Source: Candidatus Velthaea sp. | GTDB taxonomy: Bacteria > Vulcanimicrobiota > Vulcanimicrobiia > Vulcanimicrobiales > Vulcanimicrobiaceae | Assembly (NCBI GenBank): GCA_965214935.1 | Contig: CBDCCS010000003.1 | Span: forward strand, 32,001 to 96,000 | Direction: 5' to 3' | Length of the DNA stretch: 64,000 nt | Program-made: the position numbers and the translations under genes | Notes under the pieces: model-generated | Database searches by the model: none | The model's input: only the letters and a program-made list of their open reading frames with translations | Told to the model about the DNA's origin: nothing | Shown here: positions 19,100 through 28,762 of the stretch, piece by piece | Position numbering within the stretch: position 1 is the stretch's first letter | How the letters are laid out: each line of letters opens with the position of its first letter

Positions 19100-20479
19100 A
19101 TGAGCGCTTTTCGGCACGAACGTCTAGCAAGCCGGGATCCGGTCGAGCAGCGACTACCGCCGGGTCAGATGGCGGCGATCGGCTTGCAGCATGTGCTCGT
19201 GATGTATGCCGGTGCCATTGCCGTCCCGCTGATCGTGGGCGGCGCTCTGCATTTGCCCAAGGAGCAGCTGGCGGGACTTATCGACGCCGATCTGTTTGCG
19301 TGCGGCCTGGCAACGCTTTTGCAGTGCATCGGTTTCGGCGGCTTCGGCATCCGTTTACCGGTCGTCATGGGCGTAACGTTTGCAGCGGTCGGTCCGGTCA
19401 TTGCGATCGGCAGTTCGCCGCTGGGTTTGCCCGGTGTCTACGGTGCGGTCATTGCATCCGGAGTGTTTGCGATACTCATCGCGCCGGTCTTTAGCCGGCT
19501 GCTCCGTTTCTTTCCGCCGCTCGTGACCGGAACGCTCATCACGGTCATCGGAATAACGTTGCTTCAAGTCGGTATTGCTTGGGTCGGTGGCGGCGTTGGT
19601 GCAAAGCACTTCGGCGCTCCCGTCAATCTCGTGCTGGCAGCGACCGTTCTGGCCGTCATTCTGATCATAAACCGGTTCTTGCGCGGCTTCTTGGCAAACG
19701 TCAGCGTTCTCGCCGGATTGGCGGCCGGGTTTTTAATCGCCATTCCGCTCGGTTTGGTCGATTTTTCCGGCGTCGGGCGGGCCGATCTCGTCGGCATCGT
19801 GTTGCCGTTCCGTTTTGGACCGCCACGCTTCGACCTCGCCGCAATCGTTTCGCTTTGCATCGTGATGCTCGTAACGATGGTCGAATCGACCGGCATGTTT
19901 TTAGCGCTCGGCGAGTTATGCGAACGGCCGGTCAAACCGGCGACGCTCGTACGTGGATTGCGCGCCGACGGGTTAGGCGCGGTCATCGGCGGTCTGTTCA
20001 ATCCGTTTCCGTACACGTCGTTTTCGCAAAATGTCGGCCTGGTGGGAATGACCGGCGTCCGCAGCCGCTGGGCGGTCGCAACGAGTGGCGCGATCCTGGT
20101 CGTTCTCGGCTTATTTCCGAAGCTCGCGACGATCGTTGCGTCGATCCCGCAAGCCGTTCTGGGCGGTGCCGGAATCGCGATGTTCGGTATGGTCGCCGCG
20201 ACCGGCATCAGGATTTTAAGCGGTGCGGAATTGCAGAAACGGCACAATGCGTTAATCGTAGCCGTGAGCATTGGAATCGGGATGATCCCGCTCGTCGCGC
20301 CGACGATGTTCGAACAGTTGCCGCAATGGACGGCGCCGTTCGTCCATAGCGGGATCACGCTCGCGGCGGTGACCGCCGTCGCGCTCAACGTGTTCTTTAA
20401 TAACGAGCGGCGTCCGATACACAAATCGCCGTTAGCCGACGCGGACGTTGCGTTGGGCGAACCGGCCGGCGTCCGCTGA
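19100..20479 (+). CDS. Nucleobase:cation symporter-2 (xanthine/urate permease, UacT/PbuX-like)
   Basis: GLQHVLVMYAGA and the NAT signature FSQNVGLVGMTG. Confidence 0.93.
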   Translation: MSAFRHERLASRDPVEQRLPPGQMAAIGLQHVLVMYAGAIAVPLIVGGALHLPKEQLAGLIDADLFACGLATLLQCIGFGGFGIRLPVVMGVTFAAVGPVIAIGSSPLGLPGVYGAVIASGVFAILIAPVFSRLLRFFPPLVTGTLITVIGITLLQVGIAWVGGGVGAKHFGAPVNLVLAATVLAVILIINRFLRGFLANVSVLAGLAAGFLIAIPLGLVDFSGVGRADLVGIVLPFRFGPPRFDLAAIVSLCIVMLVTMVESTGMFLALGELCERPVKPATLVRGLRADGLGAVIGGLFNPFPYTSFSQNVGLVGMTGVRSRWAVATSGAILVVLGLFPKLATIVASIPQAVLGGAGIAMFGMVAATGIRILSGAELQKRHNALIVAVSIGIGMIPLVAPTMFEQLPQWTAPFVHSGITLAAVTAVALNVFFNNERRPIHKSPLADADVALGEPAGVR

Positions 20480-20523
20480 CCGGGAGCGATACTTCGCCGC
20501 TCGAGCCGTCCAACGCAACGTCG

Positions 20524-20961
20524 CTACGTTTTTGCGTCGTGCTTCTTTGCGTTTCGTGTCGCCCGATCGTTGAAATGCGCGATGGCCTCAGCGAGATTAT
20601 TTTTCGTCATGCGCGACGTTGTCTTCAGGCCGCGTTCGCGCGCGAGCTCGACGAGCTGCTGTTTTGATTTTGAGAGCATGTCGACACCGCCGTACGAAGC
20701 ACCGCCCGGGTTCGGACCGCCTCCTTGCGATCGCGGATCTGACGGGCCGCGCTGCTGTTTGCGCTCCCAGTGGTCGTCGACTTTTTCAAACGAGTGTTTG
20801 ACGGCGCCCCACGCCGCCCGGTGAGCACGCGCCGCATCGCCGTCGTAGGTCGCTTCAGCGCTTTGGAGGGTCTCTTCGTAGATGTCTTGCGCGTGTTTCG
20901 GCGACCGCTCGAGAGTTGACGGCAGCGGCGCGAAGTCAGCGTTCTTCTTTTTTGCCGGCAT
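20524..20961 (-). CDS. ChaB family protein with C-terminal Rho-N-like domain
   Basis: LPSTLERSPKHAQDIY...AHRAAWGAVKHSFEKVDDHW; C-terminal SKQQLVELARERGL...RMTKNNLAEAI. Confidence 0.85.
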   Translation of the reverse strand: MPAKKKNADFAPLPSTLERSPKHAQDIYEETLQSAEATYDGDAARAHRAAWGAVKHSFEKVDDHWERKQQRGPSDPRSQGGGPNPGGASYGGVDMLSKSKQQLVELARERGLKTTSRMTKNNLAEAIAHFNDRATRNAKKHDAKT

Positions 20962-21121
20962 GGTCGGCGTATACCCCGGCGGCAGCGCAATTTGTCGGCT
21001 TGAAGTGACCTCGAGCCGTGATCGCAAGGGGGCGATGCCGGCAGGTTTGCGAATGCCGCGCGACGAGCTACAAGCAAATGCAGTCTCGCCGAATGAAAGC
21101 TCGTATGACCGGTGCACGCGC

Positions 21122-21973
21122 ATGAATGCGTTCGGTGTGCACGCCCTCGTTTGGACCGGCGGCTGGACTGCCGATGAGGCCGCCCTAGCCATCTCACAAA
21201 CGAAAAAAGCCGGTTACGAGATTATCGAGATTCCGTTGCTCGATCCGGAATCGGTCGATGCGAAGATGACCCGGCGATTACTCGACCAGCACGGTCTCAA
21301 AGCGACCTGTTCGCTCGGACTGTCGGCGGCGACCGATATTTCAAGCGAAGATCCGGCAACGGTTGCGGCAGGCGAAGCGATGTTACGTTTGGCGCTCGAC
21401 CGCGTCGTCGAATTGGGCTCTCCGTACATGGGTGGCATCCTCTACAGCGCATTTCAGAAATACATGCATCCGCCGACGCCTGCCGGCCGCGCCAACGCGA
21501 TCGGCGTTCTGCAGCGGCTTGCGCGCGAAGCAGCGAAAAACAGCGTTACGCTCGGGCTCGAAGTCGTCAACCGGTATGAGACCAATCTCATCAACACCGC
21601 CGATGAAGCACTGGCCTTTATTGCCGAAGTCGATGAAGCGAATGTCGGCGTGCATCTCGATACATACCATATGAACATCGAGGAAAACGACATGTCCGGC
21701 CCCGTGCGCCGCTGCGCGGACAAGCTGGTGTACGTGCACGTCGGCGAGAGCCATCGAGGCTATCTCGGTTCGGGCTCCGTCGACTTTTCGACGTTCTTCA
21801 AAGCGCTCGCCGAAATGAAGTATACCGGCACCATTACGTTCGAAAGTTTTTCGTCGGCGATCGTCTCGCCGACACTGTCGAGTATTCTGGGCGTATGGCG
21901 CAATCTGTGGACCGACGGTTACGATCTTGCGGTCAGCGCAAAAGCATTCGTCACTTCGCAACTGCACCATTAA
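21122..21973 (+). CDS. Ketose 3-epimerase (D-psicose/D-tagatose/L-ribulose 3-epimerase family)
   Basis: LEVVNRYE, LDTYHMNIEE, HVGESHRG, TFESF give the E/D/H/E metal and catalytic set. Confidence 0.88.
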   Translation: MNAFGVHALVWTGGWTADEAALAISQTKKAGYEIIEIPLLDPESVDAKMTRRLLDQHGLKATCSLGLSAATDISSEDPATVAAGEAMLRLALDRVVELGSPYMGGILYSAFQKYMHPPTPAGRANAIGVLQRLAREAAKNSVTLGLEVVNRYETNLINTADEALAFIAEVDEANVGVHLDTYHMNIEENDMSGPVRRCADKLVYVHVGESHRGYLGSGSVDFSTFFKALAEMKYTGTITFESFSSAIVSPTLSSILGVWRNLWTDGYDLAVSAKAFVTSQLHH

Positions 21974-22018
21974 AGAACGGGCCGGCCCGGCCGCGCCTTA
22001 GCGGTCCGGTGGTCGCCC

Positions 22019-22789
22019 TTAGCTCAGAACGATCCCGCCGTCGACGTTGAGCGATTGTCCGGTAATGAATGCTGATGCATCCGATGCAAAGAACACCGCC
22101 GCACCGACGACGTCTTCGGGCTGTCCAAGCCGGCGCAACGCAGTCCGGCCGACCCACATGGCGACGTTGCTTTCATCGGTGAGATTCGCGCGGCCCATAT
22201 CGGTGACGATGATACCGGGACAGATCGAGTTTGCCGTAATCCCGTCCGCTCCGACTTCTTGCGCCAGCACGCGAGTGAAGCCCATGACGGCCGACTTCGT
22301 CGCCGCGTAATGCGCTTGCCGCGGTCCGCCGTGCTTCCCGCCGATCGAAGCAATGTTGACGATCCGGCCGTAATGCCGAGCGCGCATTTGCGGCAATAGC
22401 GCATGCACGACCAAAAACGTGCCGCGAGCATTGACGGCGAACACCTGATCCCATTGGTCGACCGTTAAATCTTCGACCAGTGCCTCGGTGAGTATGCCTG
22501 CATTGTTCACGACGGCATCGACGGCCCCGAATGCGCGAACTGCGTCTGCGGCCATGGCGTCGACATCCGCTTGCTGCGACACGTCGCCGTAGGTCAGGAG
22601 CGTACGAGCACCGCGAGCAGAAACTTCCCGTTCGACTTGCGCTAACTGCTCGCGCTGACGATCGAGATCGTTGAGGACGAGGTTGAAGCCGCTCTGCGCA
22701 AGACCGAGCGCGATCGCCCGGCCGATACCTCGGCTCGCCCCGGTCACAAGTGCAGTGCGCGGGTTCGTTGAGGCCGATGCGTCGCTCAT
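22019..22789 (-). CDS. SDR family oxidoreductase (FabG-like)
   Basis: TGASRGIG, NNAG, YAATK, NVDGG. Confidence 0.92.
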   Translation of the reverse strand: MSDASASTNPRTALVTGASRGIGRAIALGLAQSGFNLVLNDLDRQREQLAQVEREVSARGARTLLTYGDVSQQADVDAMAADAVRAFGAVDAVVNNAGILTEALVEDLTVDQWDQVFAVNARGTFLVVHALLPQMRARHYGRIVNIASIGGKHGGPRQAHYAATKSAVMGFTRVLAQEVGADGITANSICPGIIVTDMGRANLTDESNVAMWVGRTALRRLGQPEDVVGAAVFFASDASAFITGQSLNVDGGIVLS

Positions 22790-22976
22790 GATGTACACTT
22801 TAGAGCGCTCGGGCGAAGGTCCTCGCCGCCCGACCCTGCGCGTAACATCCGGCGTGCCGATACGTCTACTGGCGCTAAGCAACCGGAAAGGGGTCCATGC
22901 CGGCAATGCCATGCATATGGCACTTCACTACCGTATCATGCACCGGTATGCACGTCGGCGCGCGGTCTTTCACCGC

Positions 22977-25886
22977 ATGATTGAAAGTATGCTACCGGCG
23001 ACCGGTCTAACCGCATTGCAGCTGGCGGCGATTGCACACCGCGGCAGTAACGCGATCGTCGAAGGGTTGCCCGGTGCGGGCAAGACGCGCGTGATCGTCG
23101 AGCGTTGCCGCTCGTTACTCGCCGCAGGTATCCCGGCCGGCGCGTTGCTGGTGTTGACCTCGCAGCGGGCGGCAACCGAGTTGCGCGCGCGTATCACGAC
23201 GCAGCTGAGCGGCGCGTTACCGCTCGTCTATACGTTTCACGGATTTGCATCGTGGCTGGTCGATCAAAGCGAGCCCGGCGGCGGACAGCGGCGGATTAGC
23301 CGGGCCGCTCAACGCGAAGTCTTCGCCTACGCCGCCGCATCAACGGGATTGACGTCGTTGCCGCCGTATACCGCCCGATCGGCGCACTTCCTCGCGCTTG
23401 CTGAAGTAAGGGCCGATGAACTGCGCGAATCGCCGGCGGCTGCACGCCGAAAGCTGGCGGAGCATGCAACGCCGCGACTGCGCGACATCATCGAACTCGA
23501 GGCGAGTCGCGACCGTCTGCGCGAGCGGCTCGACATCGCGGACGACGCCGGCGTCGTCGCGCAAGCCGTCGAACTCGCCGGCCGGGCCGAACCGCGTCCG
23601 GCCCGCATCTTGCTGCAACGCTACAAACACATCTTGATCGACGAGTTTCAAGATGCCGACGCGACCCAACTGGCGCTGCTGCAGCACTTGCATGGCGAGA
23701 TTTTTGCCGTCGGCGATCGCAATCAGACGATCTACGCCTTCCGTCGCTCGGCGCAAGCCGCTCAAATGCAGGCTCGCGCCGCCCTTGCAATGACGGTTTT
23801 CCGGCTCGGCCCGTCCCTTCGTTGTCCCGCCGAGATTTCTGATTTCGCCCGTAGCGGCCGGCTTGCGGCCTCCTCGGCGGAGGTCGCGGCGGCCGGTGCG
23901 ATTCGGTTTCGGCGCGCCGTGTCGCCACGCGACGAAGCAGCGCTCGTCGGACAATGCATTGCCGGAGCCGTCGCTGCCGGGACGCCGGCGGGCGACATTG
24001 CCGTGCTGTTGCGCAACCCCGAACCGATGACGCGGCTGCTCGAACGCGAATTGCGTTCGCGCGGTGTCGCCGTTGCGGAGCGCAGCGGGCGCGCGGTGCT
24101 CGACGATCCGGCAGTCGACGTCATTCGCGCGGCTTTTACGGCTTTCGCGGCACCCGATCGGAACGACGGCTGGATCGAGTTGTTGAGTCATCCGGCATTG
24201 GCGATCCCGCCGCTCGAACTGCGTTTGGCCGTTGCCGCGACGCCGCTGCAAAGTCTCGAGGCGGTTTCGGCGCTGCTCGAGACGCTCGATGTCCGCCAAG
24301 TCGACGGTACCGCGCGCGTGCACGGCGTGCACGTCGCCGCTGCGTTACGAGCGGCGCACCTCGATTGGCAACGGAACGACGTGCAGAGCGCGGCGCGGGT
24401 GTTAGCGGCGGAATTGAACCTGTCGCGTTGCGCCTTGCTTGACGGCGGCGCTTTGGACGCGTTCTTCGGTGCAGTAGCGGACGTTTGCGACGTGCGAGCT
24501 AGACTGCAGTGCGACACATCGGCCGCTGCGAACTTCGGTGCGCTCCTTGACGGAAGTCGTTCGTTGCGTACGGCTTCGGCGGCCGGCGCAAGCGAATCCG
24601 GCGTGCACATCATGAGCGTACATGCCGCCAAAGGCCGCGAGTTCGAGTTTGTTATTATAGCCGATGCCGCCGCCGGTCGCTTTCCCGACAATTGGCAGCC
24701 GGATCAGGTGCTCGGCGCGCATGATTTCGCGGCAGCGCGCGGGTGCGGCGTCGACGTCGGGACGCTGGTCGACGAGCACGCTGCCGCCGAACGCGCACTG
24801 TGGTGTGTTGCGCTCACGCGCACGAAACGAAATCTGCTCGTCACCTGGTCGGAGACGGCCATCGACGGTTCGCCGCAACGCGCAAGCCGTTTCATTCCGC
24901 TCGATGTCCGCGATGGGCAAGCGCAGCGACCCGCTTTTCGCGCACCGCTGGACGATCGTTCGACCGGCATCCGCGATGTGCAAAGCCCATCGCCGGCGCG
25001 ACTAACCCGTGCCGTTGCCGTAAGTACGCTCGAAACATGGCTCACGTGCCGCCGCAGGTTCTACTACTCCGCGCTGCTTCGCGTCGGCGGTTCGCAACGC
25101 AGCTTCAAAGCCAAACTTGGAACGCTCGTCCATCGGGCGATCCAAGAATTTCATTCGGCTGTTCGCGATTTCACGCACGTCGAGGCCGGCGCGCATGCGG
25201 ACTGGTCGGCACGATTACAAGATGCCGTCGCGACCGTTCTGGCATCCATCGATCGGCCGTTCGAGCCGTTTGAATCGGCGCTTGAAACGTCAGCGGCGAT
25301 CCGCGCCGCGAATCGGCTCGTCGGCCGGTATGCGCGTGAACTGGAGCGCGCGGCGCGCGATACGCGAGGTTTTGCGGTAATCGCAAGCGAGAAGCGCGTC
25401 GATTTTTCACTTGCCGGTATTGCCTTTACCGGGAAAATCGATCGCGTCGATGCATTCGCGGATGGAACGCTTGCCCTTGTCGACATCAAGACCGGTGCAT
25501 TTGCAAAAGACAAAGCGATGGCCGATGGTTTCCGCAAACTCGGCGCGGCAGCACAAACGAGCTTGTGGGTCAAGGCGCCGTCGCGAGTAAATCCGCAACT
25601 GGCGCTGTACCGTCTGGCGATTGCTGCCCGGACGCTTGCGTTCGTTTATCTGGATGCAGCCTCGAAGGCGGACGATTATGCCGATGCGGCTTATACCGAT
25701 CGGCTGGTGTGCGTCGATGAGCAGCCTGCACTCGCGGCGATCGACGCGGTTACCGCAACGACGTTCAGCGAACCCTGGGCGACGGGGGCGGTTCGCTCCC
25801 TCGATCCGACCCGCTTTGCACGCTCGTGCCGTTCGTGCGAATTTACCGCGGTTTGTCCGGGCTATCTTGAGGACGACGAACCATGA
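22977..25886 (+). CDS. UvrD-like helicase fused to a PD-(D/E)XK nuclease with Fe-S staple (AdnA/AddB-like)
   Basis: GLPGAGKT, DEFQD, GDRNQTIYAFR, VHAAKGREF, ALTRTK; C-terminal WLTCRRRF, GKIDRVD...LVDIKTG, CRSCEFTAVC. Confidence 0.88.
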   Translation: MIESMLPATGLTALQLAAIAHRGSNAIVEGLPGAGKTRVIVERCRSLLAAGIPAGALLVLTSQRAATELRARITTQLSGALPLVYTFHGFASWLVDQSEPGGGQRRISRAAQREVFAYAAASTGLTSLPPYTARSAHFLALAEVRADELRESPAAARRKLAEHATPRLRDIIELEASRDRLRERLDIADDAGVVAQAVELAGRAEPRPARILLQRYKHILIDEFQDADATQLALLQHLHGEIFAVGDRNQTIYAFRRSAQAAQMQARAALAMTVFRLGPSLRCPAEISDFARSGRLAASSAEVAAAGAIRFRRAVSPRDEAALVGQCIAGAVAAGTPAGDIAVLLRNPEPMTRLLERELRSRGVAVAERSGRAVLDDPAVDVIRAAFTAFAAPDRNDGWIELLSHPALAIPPLELRLAVAATPLQSLEAVSALLETLDVRQVDGTARVHGVHVAAALRAAHLDWQRNDVQSAARVLAAELNLSRCALLDGGALDAFFGAVADVCDVRARLQCDTSAAANFGALLDGSRSLRTASAAGASESGVHIMSVHAAKGREFEFVIIADAAAGRFPDNWQPDQVLGAHDFAAARGCGVDVGTLVDEHAAAERALWCVALTRTKRNLLVTWSETAIDGSPQRASRFIPLDVRDGQAQRPAFRAPLDDRSTGIRDVQSPSPARLTRAVAVSTLETWLTCRRRFYYSALLRVGGSQRSFKAKLGTLVHRAIQEFHSAVRDFTHVEAGAHADWSARLQDAVATVLASIDRPFEPFESALETSAAIRAANRLVGRYARELERAARDTRGFAVIASEKRVDFSLAGIAFTGKIDRVDAFADGTLALVDIKTGAFAKDKAMADGFRKLGAAAQTSLWVKAPSRVNPQLALYRLAIAARTLAFVYLDAASKADDYADAAYTDRLVCVDEQPALAAIDAVTATTFSEPWATGAVRSLDPTRFARSCRSCEFTAVCPGYLEDDEP

Positions 25887-28252
25887 CGCAGTGGTGGCGA
25901 ACGGCGCTGGGCGGCGGACGACTCCCGAGCGCCGATCAAGAAGCGGCGATCGTTGCTCCGCCGTTCGGCCGGCAGATCGTTGAAGCGGGTGCCGGAACCG
26001 GTAAGACCTCGACCTTGGCATTGCGCGCTGTCTATCTCATTGAAGCCGGTCATGTTCGCGCCGACCAAATCGTCGTCTTGACGTTTACGAAAAAAGCCGC
26101 GGCGGAAATCGGCTCGCGGATCGCCGACACCATCGATCGGGCGAAAGCGAGCGGCGCTGCCTTTGACGACGCTGCACAGCAGGTCGAATGCACGACCATT
26201 CACGGGCTGGCAGCGGCGCTGTTACGCGAATGCAGTTTTGATCTTGATCTGCTGACGCCGCCGCGGCCGATCAGCGACGGCGAAGCATATGGAGTGTTCC
26301 ACGAGTCGTTTGCGGCGTTGTTAAATGGCCGGCTGGGCGTCGATGCCTCAGCCTTTCCGGTCGCGGAGACGAACATCGACGTTCTCGAACGCGATCTTGG
26401 CCGGCTTGCATTGCGGCTTAAAAATCACGGCATTTCCGTTGCAACGTTCGTAAGCCGGGCCTTGGCGCAGGCCGATCGCCTCGCCGAACAAACGTGGGGA
26501 CAAATCTGGACCGCCGGCGCCGTCAAGACGAAACGCACGAAGTGTAAACCCAAAGAAACGATATCGGCCGGGCAACGCGCGATCGAAGCCGAACGCGAGC
26601 GGGCCAATATCCTCGTTGCAGGCGCGGTTTTGGCCGACTTCGACCGCCGGCTCGGACAACGCGGCGTCGCAACGTACGGCGATCTTATCGGCCTCACGAC
26701 GCGTTTGTTGCTCGAACGGCCGGCGTTGCAAATTCGACTGCGCGAGCGTTGGCGGTATGTGTTGCTCGACGAAAGTCAGGATACCAGTCGCCTGCAGTTG
26801 GCATTCATCGAAGCGGTCTTCGGCGGTCAGGACGAACCAAATGCGGCCGGCATGATGCCTGTCGGGGATATGCGACAATCGATCTACGGCTTCAACGGAG
26901 CCGACGAGCGCGTGATGCAACAATTAGGTGCCGGATTGCAGACGCATCGACTAACGATCAATCGCCGATCGGCGCAAGAAATCGTCGATGCGGCGCACGC
27001 CGTTTTACTCGAGGCGACGATCGTCGACGCTCGCACGCAGCGACTGTCGGCAGCGGCCGGTCCGGGCGGCCTCGATTGCGTGCGGGTCGAGCACTTCGGT
27101 GACGTCGGCGAGACGATTAAAGAGCACGTCGAGCGTGAAGCAGCGGCGATCGCACGCGAAACTCAGCGGCTGCTTACCGGCGGTCGGATCGGCAGCAGCG
27201 ATATCGCGATACTCGTCCGGCGCCGAACGCATGCGACGGCCTATGTGCGTGCGCTCAATCGGCTAGGCATCGCTGCTGCGCTCGATCGGCGAAACGGCCT
27301 GTTCGCAGCTGACGAGATTCGGGACATCCTGGCCTGGATGGCGCTCGTACTCGATCTCGACGACCGTCAAGCCGCAGTCCGCATTCTGCAATCACGGTTG
27401 TGCGGCTTAAACGACGCGTCGATGATCGAATTGACCGCCCGGCCGGATTGGCTGTCGGCTGCGCTGCGCGGCTCGCTCGACGGTGACTTCGACGCCGACT
27501 TCCACGCGCGATTAGCCGGAATGCGGGCGCTGGTTATCGGTCTGCTGCCGCTCGTTGCGCTGCCCCTGACGGCGGCAATCGAACAGCTCGTCGAACGGCT
27601 GCCGCTGGCTGCCAGTTATCGCGGTCTGGGCGCAGCGGTCGCGGCACAAGCCGGTGCAAATTTGCGCGGCTTCGAGGAACTCGCTTTCGCGTTCGCCGCC
27701 GAGCATCCGGGCGCGCGGCTACGAGATTTTTTCGCCGATGTAAAACGGCGTATTATCTATGACGACGATCCGCAGGAAGCCGAACTCGACCTCGACGGCG
27801 TCCGCGTGCTGACGATCCATCAAGCAAAAGGACTGGAATGGCCGTTCGTTTTCGTCGCATGTGTTACGAAAAATCAGTATGGCAGCATGGAACAAACCGA
27901 TCGCGTCATCAATTACGATGTGAGCAGCGGTGCCTTCGCAATGAAAAACGACGTCGACGGCCGCGAAACCTTACGCTGGGTGATGTCGATGTCCGAGCAC
28001 GATCCGCAAACGGGCGAACGTATCGAACCTGCACCGCGTAAAGTTGCGGGCGAACGGGAGGAAGCGCGCGTTTTCTACGTCGCCGTCACACGCGCGAAAC
28101 AGCGCGTGTACATCACGGCACCGGCGCCGGCCGGCGATCGAGCGGCGAGTCATTTGCATGCAATCCGCACCTGGGCGCAAGCCGCCGAACCGGGTATCGA
28201 TTTGACCTTTGACGCTGGCGCGAAGGCTGCGGAGGGCACGAGCGCGCCCTAG
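25883..28252 (+). CDS. UvrD/Rep ATP-dependent helicase (AdnB/AddA-like motor, no nuclease domain)
   Basis: AGAGTGKT, LTFTKKAA, DESQD, GDMRQSIYGF, TIHQAKGLEW, YVAVTRAK; ATGA overlap with the upstream gene. Confidence 0.9.
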   Translation: MTQWWRTALGGGRLPSADQEAAIVAPPFGRQIVEAGAGTGKTSTLALRAVYLIEAGHVRADQIVVLTFTKKAAAEIGSRIADTIDRAKASGAAFDDAAQQVECTTIHGLAAALLRECSFDLDLLTPPRPISDGEAYGVFHESFAALLNGRLGVDASAFPVAETNIDVLERDLGRLALRLKNHGISVATFVSRALAQADRLAEQTWGQIWTAGAVKTKRTKCKPKETISAGQRAIEAERERANILVAGAVLADFDRRLGQRGVATYGDLIGLTTRLLLERPALQIRLRERWRYVLLDESQDTSRLQLAFIEAVFGGQDEPNAAGMMPVGDMRQSIYGFNGADERVMQQLGAGLQTHRLTINRRSAQEIVDAAHAVLLEATIVDARTQRLSAAAGPGGLDCVRVEHFGDVGETIKEHVEREAAAIARETQRLLTGGRIGSSDIAILVRRRTHATAYVRALNRLGIAAALDRRNGLFAADEIRDILAWMALVLDLDDRQAAVRILQSRLCGLNDASMIELTARPDWLSAALRGSLDGDFDADFHARLAGMRALVIGLLPLVALPLTAAIEQLVERLPLAASYRGLGAAVAAQAGANLRGFEELAFAFAAEHPGARLRDFFADVKRRIIYDDDPQEAELDLDGVRVLTIHQAKGLEWPFVFVACVTKNQYGSMEQTDRVINYDVSSGAFAMKNDVDGRETLRWVMSMSEHDPQTGERIEPAPRKVAGEREEARVFYVAVTRAKQRVYITAPAPAGDRAASHLHAIRTWAQAAEPGIDLTFDAGAKAAEGTSAP

Positions 28253-28259
28253 CGATTCG

Positions 28260-28688
28260 TTAGATTGCCGTTTTCATCGGCGCATTAAAGCGCGGGTCGG
28301 TATAACAACCGTAGCGCATCGCATCCGTCACGCCCAGAACCAGTTGCTTGCGCAGCGAACCCCTTGCAAGTAAACCGCTTGCACCCGCTAAATGGCAGGC
28401 AACGCCCCATTTCGGCTCAATGACGCTGGTATAAACCATGATGATACACTGGGAGAGCACGAAACGCACCTGACGTAGCAGCTCGAGCGGATCGATCTGC
28501 AAGGCGTCAAGATTGCAAATAAGGAGTCTTGGCTTGAGCTTTCCCAGTTCGATCACGTCAAGGTTCGCGATAACCGGAGATTCGGACAAGCCGGCTTCTT
28601 TGAGGACCGCTGCAAACAAAAGGGCGTCGTCCGACTCGAGACCGGCGAAACAAGAGATATGGTTCATTACTGTTGACGCTTTCACCAT
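28260..28688 (-). CDS. Degenerate stand-alone receiver-like (NarL-type N-terminal) protein
   Basis: PRLLICNLD...PLELLRQVR...IMVYT...AGASGLLAR...GCYTDPRF follows the receiver fold pattern. Start uncertain. Confidence 0.65.
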   Translation of the reverse strand: MVKASTVMNHISCFAGLESDDALLFAAVLKEAGLSESPVIANLDVIELGKLKPRLLICNLDALQIDPLELLRQVRFVLSQCIIMVYTSVIEPKWGVACHLAGASGLLARGSLRKQLVLGVTDAMRYGCYTDPRFNAPMKTAI

Positions 28689-28762
28689 GCGAGTCACCGG
28701 CGATCGTGCGGCAATGCTTGCCGCGTGAATCACCGTAGCACGGCAGCCGCGCTCGGACTATC

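Noticed and set aside
20882..21192. Apparent overlap of long N-terminal extensions of ChaB and the epimerase
   Set aside because: Artefact of longest-ORF calling; family-like sequence starts at 20961 (minus) and 21122 (plus), leaving a normal divergent gap.
25000..25886. Cas4-like Fe-S nuclease as evidence of CRISPR-Cas
   Set aside because: It is fused to a UvrD motor as in AdnA/AddB, and I see no cas1/cas2 or repeat-spacer array in the window.
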